From: Camelus ferus
Lineage: Eukaryota
NCBI RefSeq assembly: GCF_009834535.1
Contig: NC_045711.1
Coordinates: 48,546,001-48,610,000, forward strand
Reading direction: 5' to 3'
DNA length: 64,000 nucleotides
Both the position numbers and the translations under genes were made by a program. Shown in pieces: positions 12,580 through 35,436 of this stretch. The notes below the pieces were generated by a model. That model had not been told where the DNA came from and did no database searches. It was given only the letters and a program-made list of their open reading frames with translations. Position 1 is the stretch's first letter. Each line of letters opens with the position of its first letter.

Positions 12580-13489
12580 TGCTCAATCATGTGCCAGAGT
12601 TTTGTCTCTTTCCTTCTGGTTATGGGGCCCAGCCATTGGTGTCCCCCCAAGCTCACTTCTGGGAACAGGCCCTGCATCTGAGCTAAATATGGCAGAGCTA
12701 GTGGGTCACCCCATGCTTGGGGGTGGGGGGTGTTGCAGGGACAGAGCTGTAAACAGGGTGCTGTCTGTTCAGCCCCCCTTCCTTACCCGGACGCTGCTGT
12801 GCAGTCCTGGCTTCCATGTCCAGTCCTCTGGCACTGAGCAGTGCCCAGGAGGCCAGTTGGCATCCAGGGTTTGTTTAAATGACCTCATGGAGAATATGGA
12901 GGGGGCTGGCACCAGAACTGTCCTTAGCTGTGACTCAGAGTGTGGATAGGGTCAGTGACCCCAAAGCTGACCTCTCAGTTCTGAATCCAGACAGAATCAA
13001 TCCTTGGCTGGAGTCAGGTGTTTCACCCTCCCTGCCCTGGGAGCCCAAGGAGGGTTGTTGGGAGTGGGGTGTGTGTATTGGGGGTCAGGTTCCTGCCTGT
13101 GACCCCTGCAGCTGTTGTGCTGACTCATATCCCAACCTGGCTGCCTAGCCCAACAAGAAGACACTCTCCCCTTGGGACAAGGTAGGGGGGTGAGGTGTGG
13201 CACAGAGGCCTGGGGCCCAACTTGGCAGGGGCTGGTAGCCTACCCAGGGCAGGGGGCTCTGGACTTAGCCAGCGGGGTCCCACTCCAGGAAGACCATGAA
13301 GATGGCCTCGCAGAATCCACTTCCCATTCGGGGAAATAGGAGGGGAGACCTTGGCATCTTGACAGCCTGGTACCTGGAACGCCAAGCAGTCTGCAGGCCT
13401 GCCCTGGCCCTACTCCCCCAGAGGGGGCTGGAGTGTGGGCTGGGATTTGAGAGGGGTCAGAGACTGCAGACCGGCAATATGCCTAATCC

Positions 13490-14620
13490 TTTGGCGCCCG
13501 AAGGCTCGGACTGCGTCCCCTGGTGTCCCCTGGCAGCCTGGAGAATGCGCCGCGCGCCCTCAACGTCCTCACCTGGGTCCTTCGCCCCCGACGTGGCGGG
13601 AACGTCCCGAACCTTCCGTCCTCTGCAGACCCCAGATACACAGCTCGGAGCCTGCAGGGCCCGAAGGAGAGGCCCGGTTTTCCGCCCGCTAAATGCATTA
13701 GCCCCGCTCGCCTCCCTATCGTTGCTGCCATCGGACGGGCGGGGCTGGAGCTCCGCTCTGGGGCCCCGGGGCGACCGTGGTTGAGGTCAGAACGGACTGT
13801 CCTTTCTGGAGTCGGGGCCGGGGAAAGGGGGGAGGGCGGGGGGAGAATGCTGGAGGACAGGGACGAAAGAGAGGCTGGGAGGCGGGGCAGAGAAGAGGAT
13901 TTGGGGTGACCTTATTAAGGAATGGAGGAAGACAGGGTGTCCCGCATATGGGGAGCCTGGCGGGGGTGCTGGGCCCTTGGTGGGCCACGCTGGGAGCTGG
14001 GAACTGGGGAAAGGGCTAACTCGAATCGTCGCAAAAGAGAAGGGATGGGATGCCCGGCAAAGGGGGTGAATGGCTGCGGGAGCTGGAGAAGAGCGACGGG
14101 AGGAGCTGGGACTGGAGGACGCAGGGGTCTAAGCAGTCTAGGTGTAGGAAGCTGAGCGGCAGGGCAGGTGAGACAAAGGGTGGAGTGCAGCCGGAGCAAC
14201 CGTGGAGCAGGGGCGGGGACGGATGTTCCCTCTCTGTGTCTGCTGCTCCGACACTAAAGGAGATGGATGAGGTGAAGGAGATACAGCGCGCGTGGCCCCG
14301 GGCGGCTCATCACTCAGCAGCCGCCCCCGCAGCGGAGGGGTCGGGGCGGGAGTCCGGCCATAGATAAAGGCGAGCGGGGGACAGGGCGGCCGCAGCAGCA
14401 GGATGAGCGGGGCAGACCGGAGTCACGCTGCAGGAACGGCCCCCGACCAGGACCCAGGCCGGGCGGCGGTGGCCTCGGCCTACCAGCGCTTCGAGCCCCG
14501 CGCCTACCTCCGCAACAACTACGCGCCCCCTCGGGGCGACCTGAGCAGCCCGGACGGCGTCGGGCCTTGGAAGCTGCGCTGCTTGGCACAGACTTTCGCC
14601 ACCGGTAAGCGTGGGGAAAC
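13490..14620. promoter_or_regulatory. CpG-rich PNMT promoter / exon 1 region with EGR1, Sp1 and TATA-like elements
   Basis: High CpG density. CGCCCCCGC (canonical EGR1 site) 14322..14330, GGGGCGGG 14343..14350, GATAAA TATA-like 14363..14368. EGR1/Sp1 control of PNMT is established. Confidence 0.75.
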
Positions 14621-15918
14621 TGAGGGCAAGAAGTCATGGGGAGCTAAAGGGGCCTGGCTCGAGAGAGAGCCAGATGGGGATAGGTAGTTAAGAGGTGAAA
14701 ACAGAAGAGGAAGAGAAGCAATATCGATCACTGTGAGAGGCAGAGGAGTGTGGATGGAGATGGGCGGAGCACTCGAAATTGAGAGGTGAGATGGAGAATG
14801 CAGACTGCAGGGAAAGGGGAAGGGGAGAGAGGCACCTGCCAGGCACCTGTGATTTCTCACTTAATCCTCGCTGGTAGGTACAGTTTTATAGATGTGGAAC
14901 CTGAGTCTCAGAGATATTAAGTTCTTTTCCCAAGGTAAGCCACTCAATGTTGGAGCCAGGACTCAGACCCTGGTTAGTCTAACTCCGGAGCTAATGCCTT
15001 TTTCCAGATAGAGACACACTTCCAGAGAGAAGGAATGGGAGCGGTGGGGAGAAGCAGGTAAGGGAGGCAGCAACAGAGGCTGGGGTCCACGGGCCTAGCA
15101 CCTAGCAAGCCCAGCACCCCTGCCTTCCGATGCACCTATTCCTCTGCCCCATGCAGGTGAGGTGTCTGGGCGCACCCTCATTGACATTGGTTCAGGCCCC
15201 ACCATATACCAGCTGCTCAGTGCCTGTGCCCACTTTGAGGACATCACCATGACAGATTTCTTGGAGGTGAATCGCCAAGAGCTGGGGCTCTGGCTGCGAG
15301 AAGAGCCGGGGGCCTTCAATTGGAGCGTGTACAGCCAGCATGTATGCCTCATTGAGGGCAAGGGGTAAGGGCTAGGGGATGAGGGTGGGGCAGAAGGTCT
15401 CCCATGGAGGCAGCAGAGAACTGAGCATGGGCAGTCCAGAGCCCCAGTCCCAATCCTGCCTTCTGCTCCTCAACAGTGAATCCTACCAGGAGAAGGAGCG
15501 CCAGCTGCGAGCCAGGGTGAAGCGGATCCTGCCCATTGATGTGCACCAGCACCAGCCCCTGGGCACTGGGAGCCTGGCACCCCTGCCTGCCGATGCCCTG
15601 GTCTCTGCTTTCTGCCTGGAGGCTGTGAGTCCAGACCTTGCCAGCTTCCAGAGGGCCCTGGACCACATCACCACACTGCTGAGGCCTGAGGGGCACCTCC
15701 TCCTCATCGGGGCCCTGGAGGAGTCGTGGTACCTGGCTGGCGAGGCCAGGCTAGCAGTGGTGCCGGTGTGTGAGGAGGAGGTGAGGGAGGCCTTGATGCG
15801 TAGCGGCTATGAGGTGCGTGATCTACGCACCTACATCATGCCTGCCCACCTTCGGACGGGTGTAGATGATGTCAAGGGCATCTTCTTCGCCTGGGCCCAG
15901 AAGAAGGTGGGGCTGTGA
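14403..15918 (+). CDS. PNMT: Phenylethanolamine N-methyltransferase, 283 aa, 3 exons
   Basis: join(14403..14604,15157..15364,15477..15918)=852 nt. YQRFEPRAYLRNNY, SAM motif I LIDIGSGPT, DALVSAFCLEAVS, ALEESWY, DDVKG. Confidence 0.98.
14865..14995 (-). mobile_element. MIR in PNMT intron 1
   Basis: TTTTATAGATGTGGAACCTGAGTCTCAGAGATATTAAG..CCCAAGGT core. Confidence 0.6.
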
Positions 15919-15985
15919 GGCCCCGGTGCATCCAGTGCTGTCAGCCCTCACCCACCCAGATTCCCTATTATCCGAGGTGGCAACT

Positions 15986-15991
15986 AATAAA
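15986..15991 (+). terminator. PNMT poly(A) signal
   Basis: AATAAA 67 nt after the stop. Confidence 0.85.
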
Positions 15992-16641
15992 AAATTAAGT
16001 CCCTTGCTGGTTGGTGTAAGTGGAGTCTGTGGCTCTCCTGGGACACAGCAAGGGCCCAGAGCTCTCTCCTGTGTTGTGGGGGTAGGAGGGCATCAACCCT
16101 GGCCTTTTTTACCCCCAGAAGCTTCCATGAAGGCAGGCTCTATACCACTCATTCTTCCCAGACTAAGGAAGGTCAGGGTCAGAGGGAGCTCATTCAGCAT
16201 CTGCCATGAACCAACAACTGCCAGGTCCATTAGATCGTCACACAGGCAGTAGGTCCTGCCATCTTGTTTGCAGAAGCTCAGGAAGGTTAAGAATGAATAA
16301 ATAGTAGTGGAGCCTAGTGGAGCCCAAGAGCGGGGGAGAGGGGGATGGTTAGGAGACACAAGTGGAACTTTTTTTGGGGGGTGGGGTTACATCTAGGCAC
16401 AAAGGCCCAGGAAAGTGAGAGAGGAGGACACCAGCTTCCCCCTCAGCCTCCACCAAAGGCTGGACCTGAGCTCCATCCAACTCTGCTACTGCTCTGAACA
16501 TAGTCCCTACCATCCCCATTCCCACCAGCCTGGGTAGAGACCTCATCTGCCTGCTGCCTCCAGCCAGCCCCATCTCCTTCCCTCCAGCCCACCCTGCTCA
16601 CACAAATGGGCCAGACAAGGGTAGGTGAGGTTGAGAATTGA

Positions 16642-16647
16642 TTTATT
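16642..16647 (-). terminator. PGAP3 poly(A) signal
   Basis: TTTATT on + (AATAAA on -), about 1.6 kb downstream of the PGAP3 stop, converging on PNMT. Confidence 0.8.
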
Positions 16648-18269
16648 AAGAATTTCCATTGCTACCCTCCTACCTTAAAATAGTTCTTAGTATCAAAAGA
16701 GGTTAACACAAGCCAGCTAAGTCCCTGAGGTTGAAGTCCTAACACAGCACCCTTACCCCCAGGGAGGGGCAAGAGGGCAGGGAAAGAGCAAGAATCCAGA
16801 CTCCCTGCTCCAATCACAGAGACTGCCTTTGGATGGAAAGTTTCTGGAGCTCCACATTCTATCCTTGTGAAGCAGGAATGTGCTATGGCTGCCGGCAACT
16901 GGCAGGGGTCACCTTTACCAGGGTGTGGGTACAGCATGGCCCCTGCCTGCCTCCAGGAAGATGGGAAACCCAACCAGGCCACAGGCCTTCTCCCCTCCTC
17001 CCTCAGATTGCCCCCCTCTCTCCCCCAGGGTCCGGCAGTGTCAAAGGGGCTTAGCAGGCAGGGCACTGGGGTAGGGGTGGCCACCATGTTTAGGCAAGGA
17101 TGATCCCCATTTTCCTTCCTCCCTCTGCCTCCCAAGGGGCTGATTCAGGAGGTTGTGCAGGAGCCCTGTGAGGTTTGTAAAGAAAGGAACACATATATAC
17201 ATGCAGCCTGGACACCCTCACTCCCAGCCGCATCTTGGGGACATCCTGGCTCTCAACTTGACCCAGGGCTTTGTGCAGAGTTGGTGCACAATAAATGGTT
17301 GTCGACAGTGATTTGATCCCCTCATCCTGCTCAACCTCCCCCCACTGTGTGGCACTCACACTCACCTGCACTCACACTCAAGTCTATGCATACTCCACTC
17401 ATCCACACTAACCTGCCTACCCCTCAACACACACACTTTAAAACCACTCTCACACACACACCACTTTCCACACTGCACAAGGCCAATGCTCTCACACACT
17501 GCCTGCCCCCCAGCATCCCACACACCCCAGGCCCACGTCCACCATCCTGTCACCTACACACATGGTCTCCCTTACACACTCACATGCAGGCTTCCAACCA
17601 CGACAGCAGCACAGGGGCCAGAGGGATCCTGGTCCTGGGCTCTCTGGGGTCCTAGCCCCAAAGGGAGAGCGTGGTGAGGCCTCCTAGGGGTCTGACAGGA
17701 GTAACAGTCTGGGTGAGACTGCTCCCCAATCCCAACAGCTTGGTCCCTCTAGATCCCATGGGGAGAATGAGACCTGCCTTGATACTTGGGCAGCCAAAGA
17801 GCAAGCATCTAGTGCCACCTAGTGGTGCCCTGGAGGAGGGCACAGAGTAACAGAAGGGGACCTCACTGAATCTCCAAAGGCCTTTGGTGCCTGGTCTCCC
17901 AGTGAGACAGAGAGTTCCGGGAACTGCCCAGGCAGTGAGGGGGAAGCTGACAGGGAGGAAAGGCACCTCTCCTCTCGGTGGAGCTAAGAACACAGTTCCA
18001 CCCTAGTTCAGCTCCAGGGACCACAGGGGTTGCCCATTTTCTAGCCCCAGATGTGATGAGGCCACATCTGAACCAACGCCAGGATCTGTGAGGGCCATGA
18101 TGGGGTGAGCAAGGGATGGGCAGGTTACATGATTCTGGGCCCACACCCTTCATGTCCAAGTTCAAAATGCTGAAAGGAAAAAATAAATCGTCTCAAGGAA
18201 TGGGAGGAGAAGGGAAGCCAGCAGCGGAGGGACAGAATCCCCAGGTGGGCAGACCCACTTCCAGGGCCT

Positions 18270-30229
<11,960 letters not shown>

Positions 30230-30930
30230 CCCTTCACCCCGGTCCTCCGCCGGCGGAGGAGCGTAGGAGCCTTCACTTCCGGAGTAACCGGAAATGCCTT
30301 GTGCTCTTTCGTCTACTCCCCGCTGACGTCCTCCCGAGTTTAAATAAAAGTTCCCGGATTTCTGTGGGCGCCGGCCCCGCCCCTCGCCTTACTATTGTCT
30401 CCGCGTAACAGGCGACAGGGTTAGGGAGAGGGGGACGCCAGGTGGGTTAAGAAGCAAAATAAAGTGGTCTTTTATGAACAGCCGTCTTCTTTCTTCCTCG
30501 GGGTCTATTTGAGATAGGGCTCTTTTTCTGTCCCCAGCCCTGTCGGATTTCCACTTCCTAATGTATTTAGAACTGTCCCTTTCTCTCCATCTTCACTGGC
30601 ACCATCCCCCTGGTTAAAGACATAATCATTTGTCGCCGAGGCAGCCGCAGTAGGCTATTAACACACCCTGCATCTACTTATACCACCTCCACTCCGCGCT
30701 CTATTTCCAAAAATTCTAATTTGACCATGTCATTTTCGTTCTTAAAATTCTTTACTGGCTCCTACTTGCCTCAGGATAAAATCATAACTCCACAAGCATG
30801 AGCTGGCCCCTGCCCATTGGTCTCCCTCACTCCTCTGCCTCAGACCCACCTCAAGGAGCTATGTCTCTCAAGCCCCCCGGCTTTGCCTCGTCTGTTTCAC
30901 TCTTACTCTCACTCCTGCTGATTCTCCTAG

Positions 30931-31065
30931 TCTCAACTTAAACACTACTTCTGAGGGTGATACAACATACAGTAGTCTATTTTCCCAGGGAGGGTGGGGA
31001 CGTCCGCTGTCTTGTTTACCATTCTATTACCAGCACTAGCACAGAATTACAGAATTTGGCTCACG
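30931..31065 (+). other. Putative non-coding distal 5' exon of a long ERBB2 transcript
   Basis: Pyrimidine tract TTCTCCTAG| acceptor and ACG|GTAGGC donor; resembles the second 5' exon of human ERBB2 transcript variant 2 (...CAGAATTTGGCT..) as recalled. Confidence 0.5.
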
Positions 31066-31306
31066 GTAGGCGCTAGGAACAAGTTGGTTTTGGGGGGGTC
31101 TTTTCTTTTTGTTTGTTTAAGTGAATGAACAACGTAATTCCGCGTTAAGAATTTGGGTGCCAAACCAGAGCTGTCAGATCACCAGCGTAATTCAGACCAC
31201 GCTGAGATAGCAGAGGTGTAGTATTTTAAGGAAAATTAAGAGGAAGACCGTTGGGAATAGGAGGATACCAGCTTTAGTATCACCCCTCCTCCCCACACTA
31301 CCACCA

Positions 31307-31338
31307 GCGCGCGGGCGCGCGCGCACACACACACACAC
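31307..31338. repeat. (GC)n(CA)n alternating purine-pyrimidine microsatellite
   Basis: GCGCGCGGGCGCGCGCGCACACACACACACAC. Confidence 0.9.
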
Positions 31339-31567
31339 CCATCTCATTGAAACATTGACACCTCGTAGCTAGATGCATAATTTGTGTGTGTGTAGGTTAA
31401 TGACTGCCTTTCCTCTGCCCTAGTCTCTTCATTCCTGGTCAACTTTTCCTTTTTATCTCGAGAAGTGGAATGAGCTGGAAGTTAAATTGGATCCTATTCA
31501 TTCACTTGTTCAGCAAACATTTCCTGAGCCCTTAGCCTTAGCACCAAGCTAGGCAAGGCACGGCTCC

Positions 31568-31651
31568 AGGGAGCACCATTCATATTGTATTTTCTGTGAA
31601 TGGCGCTCAGGGGAGCCCCATTCACATTGTATTTTCTGTGAATGGTGACTT
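31568..31651. repeat. Two tandem 42-bp units, each an inverted-repeat hairpin
   Basis: (A/G)GGGAGC(A/C)CCATTCA(T/C)ATTGTATTTTCTGTGAATGG x2; CCATTCACA/TGTGAATGG 9-bp arms. Confidence 0.85.
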
Positions 31652-32714
31652 TTCTAATTAAATATAACATGAATAGTGTCCCCTGGAGTTGAGCACCCAG
31701 TTGATAATTGATTGGGAAGCTGAAATGAACAAAACAACAACTCAGCCCTCCAGGAGCTGACCGGAAACAATTGAGTGCTAATATGAACTTTGCACCTGAT
31801 AGATCAGTCCTTTTATAATACATTATTTTATTTTGTCCTTACTATAATGCTGGGATTAATCTTTTTATGAGGATCCCCATTTAAAGAGGAAATTTATGAT
31901 TAAAGAAGATGAAATACTGAAAAAGCAGGACTTCTCCTTTTGAGAGAACTCTGAGGTAGAGATAGGGCTCTTTTAAAACTTTTAAGGTTCCAATTTTGGA
32001 AGCCTCATCCTACATTATATCAAACAACTAAAATGAGGCAGCACCCATATTAAGTAAAATCTATAACTGTATATAGTTGAATTGAGTTGCTGTAAATAGT
32101 TGACATATTGTTACATTTTGTACATATTTAATAAAATTTTTTTTGTTGTTTTGTTATATTTTGGAGCTAACATTGAAAATTTGTCCAAGTCTCAGACATT
32201 TCATTGGTCCTTGAAAACTCATGGCTACACACCTGATGGAGAACACAGTCCTAGATTAAAGGTAGAGAGGGCAGTGGAGACATATGTCATGTTGTCCTAG
32301 CAGGAGATGAGGTGTGGTTTCTCTGGGACATCTCTTGAGGGTTTTTCCTGCCAGAACAGCCCTACACAATTACCAGGCTTCTCTAAGTGCCCACTTTTCA
32401 GCCCAGAGATTTCCCCCCTTCTTCCCCACGGAGCCCCCTCAGCTTAATCTGCTTCCTAACTTGCATTTGGCTTCCTACGTGAGTCATAGCCTGCAAAGCC
32501 TTTGATTCATTCCTTCAATTCAGTCTTATTGAGCCCTACTGGGTGTCAGTCACTGCACTAGGGAAAAAAAGAGATGAATCAGAAATTGTTCCCAGTCCAG
32601 GGAAGAGAAAGACAAAGCAAATAGTACAGTGTGCTGAGGGCTCATGAGCAAATTGACCATATTCTTAGAACAAAAACTGAGGGATATTCTACAATGAGGT
32701 TTTCTTATTCATCA

Positions 32715-34330
32715 ACTATTTTTTGCAGTTACCATATGCAGGTGTCGGGGGACAGAATGATGAATAAGGTACTGTCCTCAAGATCAGAGGAGGGAGACAG
32801 GAAATAAATGAGTATCAAACAAAAGACGAAAATAATTTTACTGTTAACATAAGGTCACATTAGTATGACCACTATGTAGGATAAATTAGCACCATCAGAC
32901 TGTAAAATATACATACCCTTTAATCCAGTAATTTGCATAGATCCTCTAACCAGGAATTTCTCTTCTAGGTATATTAGTATTAGTTTTGTGATTTTATTAG
33001 GTGTTTTGTTTTTGTTTTTGTTTTTGTTTTTTTTGGTGGAGGAGGGGGACAGGTAATTAGATTTATCTATTTATTTAATTTATTTTTTAAATAGAGTTCC
33101 TGGAGATTGAACCCAGAAACTCATGTATGCTAAGCATGCACTCTACTACTGAGTGCATGCTTCTACCTTCCCCCCTCTCCTAAGTATACCTACACAATCT
33201 TGAGGTATACCTACACAAATGCAAAAATGGGATGAGTACAAAGCTATTCATGGCAGCACTGGTGATTATTTTCAATAACAAAAAAAAAAAAAAGGAAACA
33301 ACTAAACATCCAGCAATAGGGAATGAATTGCATGAATTGAGGGAGATCCTTATAATTACAATAGAATGCTGAACAGAAGTTAGTAAGAATGGGGCAGATT
33401 TATAATGTACTGACGTGGAAAAACCTGCATGGTATTTTTGGTAAGTATAAAAATCAAGATATAGAACAGTATACGTGTGTGTCTGTACGCTTCACCTCAT
33501 GTGAGAAAAAATAAGAGCATATAATTATATTTGTTTTTTTTTTTTAGAAAATATATCCAAAAGATATATAAGAAAGTAGAAATAGTTGTTGCCTCTAGGG
33601 AGATGTGGAACTGTGTGACAGGAAAGCAAGGAACAATTTTTATTCTTGTACTTTTAGAACTTTTTGCTGTCTGTATATGCCATCAGTTAAAAACAAAGGG
33701 AAAATGCAGAAAGGACAATTTCATGTAGTCACAAGGGTTGAGTTATATCTAGGGAGGGAGGGCAGGGGAATGGGGAGGGAGCGGGAGGCTACTTTGGACT
33801 GGATGGTTAGAGGTCTTTTGGAGAAAGTGACATTTGGGCTGAAACCCGCATGACTAGAAGGAACCAGCCCTGCTAACACCTGGGGGCAGATTGTTCTAAG
33901 CTGAGGGAACAGTCAGCGCAAAGGCCCTAAGGCAGGGACAAGCGTGACATCTTTGAAGACAGAAAAGAAGCCTGTATGGCTGGAAGGCTGTGAGATTGAA
34001 GTGAAGGCCAGAGACCAGGTTCTATCTGGTCTCAGGTCATGGTGAAGTGTTTAGGCAACGGGAAGCGACTGGCAGGTGTTTCAGCACAGGAGGGAATGAA
34101 ATGATTTGATTTATGTTTAAAAAACTGGTTATTGTGGGGGGAAAATGTGGGGTTGAAAGGGGGCAAGAGCAGCAGAGGGAAGATGAAAGGCTAGTGCTTT
34201 GGCCTAGAAAAGAACTGACAGAGGCTTACATTAGCTGGTGCTAGAGGTGGGGAAAGCTGAGATGTATTGGAAGAGGAATTGCTGGATCTTAAAGATGATT
34301 GGATGGAAAGAGAGGCATCAGCAATGTTGG
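32715..34330. mobile_element. L2 (antisense) split by an L1ME-like fragment (~32850..33720) that contains a Vic-1-like SINE
   Basis: L2 3'-end phrases at 32715..32830 resume at 33725..34330 (GTGACATTTGGGCTGAAAC..GAGGGAACAG..CAAAGGCCCT); L1 phrases (AAGCTATTCATGGCAGCACTG, GGAAACAACTAAACATCCAGCAATAGGGAATG) lie between. Confidence 0.6.
33004..33175 (-). mobile_element. tRNA-derived SINE (camelid Vic-1-like)
   Basis: Reverse complement shows ...AGCATGCACTCAGTAGTAGAGTGCATGCTTAGCATACATGAG...GGGTTCAATCTCCAG (A/B boxes), AAAT-rich linker, CTAATTACC, (AAAAAC)n tail. Confidence 0.8.
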
Positions 34331-34681
34331 TCCAGTGAATGAAATCATCTGAAACTGGAATTGTCCCTCCAGATCAGGACTTCATGATTGCCACAGTTTT
34401 ATGCTTCTGGAAGCTTCCTAGTCTCTTCTTCTCCAACCAAAAGCCATAGGCAAGAGTTTCCTAGTCATCTGTATCTACAGCAGCAAGTGAGGTGAGCTTG
34501 GGGTCCTGAACTTTTGAATGGACAGGAAGACCCAGTGCTTGTGAAACAAAGAATCTGCTAAAGAGATGACTCAGCGGGGCTTTCAAGGGACAAGTGTAGG
34601 GGTTGAAGGGTTGCCACCCCCACACCAAATCCTAAAATACCGTGACCAGGAACCATTCGGTCCAAATCTCTTATATCTCAG

Positions 34682-34862
34682 ATGGCAAAGTGAAGCCTTA
34701 TTCAAGGCCACACAGCCCAGATACTGCCCAAGGGAAGACCCCCTACATGGTAAGCAATCAGTACAAACACAGGGACAGCACAGGACATGGGATCACAGAC
34801 AGCTGTGTGTGCACAGGCCAAGATGGAAGTCACAGGTACTTCATGCACATGATTAAAGCCAG
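34682..34862 (+). other. Putative non-coding distal 5' exon of a long ERBB2 transcript (last before coding exon 2)
   Basis: TCTCTTATATCTCAG| acceptor and CAG|GTGAGG donor; begins ATGGCAAAGTGAAGCCTTATTCAAGGCCACAC, similar to the recalled human variant-2 exon GTGGCAAAGCAAAGCTATATTCAAGACCACAT. Confidence 0.5.
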
Positions 34863-35410
34863 GTGAGGCCAAGAGCACAAGAGTGTTTTTTGTCTTGGCA
34901 AAGTAGCCTAGGGAGGGGGGAAGGCAAACTCCCCAGGCTTTGGGCCTGCAATCCTGAGATGGGGGTGAGGGACTGAGGGAGGCCAGCAGTGTGCCCAGGG
35001 TCTGCTGTGTCAGTTTGGGCTCTGCTCCTTTGCTACCCTGGGGACCCAACAGCGGCTAACCCTGGGCCCAGAGAGTGGCCTCCCAGGGGTTAGGTTGCAA
35101 GCATTCTGAAAAGGCCACCTTAACAAAAGACAGTTTTTCTTATCAGAAGCTTCAAGATTATTACTCTCCTGTGGCCCCAGAGAGGCCTTGTGCCTACTCT
35201 CAGGGGAATCCTTCCAACTAATTCACACAGGCACTTTCCCAGCAAACCATGCCCTTGTGGGGTAAGCCCCAGTTTGTGGCCTGGACCTCGAACTGTGGAC
35301 TGTCTCCTCCCTTTTTCTGTTTGTTTTCAGTCCTCTGACCCCAGACTGGCTGGCGAGGTAGGCAGAGAGGAGGAGACTCCGGTGCCAACACACACATAGA
35401 GCCTCCTGGT

Positions 35411-35436
35411 CCCCCCCCCCCCCCCCCCCCCCCCCC
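35411..35436. repeat. C26 homopolymer
   Basis: 26 consecutive C; a further C19 run at 42975..42993. Confidence 0.9.

Noticed and set aside
14403-15918. PNMT pseudogenisation
   Set aside because: Intact ORF, canonical splice sites, promoter and poly(A) signal; only missense differences.
31568-31651. Palindromic direct repeats resembling a CRISPR array
   Set aside because: Only two abutting units, no unique spacers, mammalian context, no cas genes.
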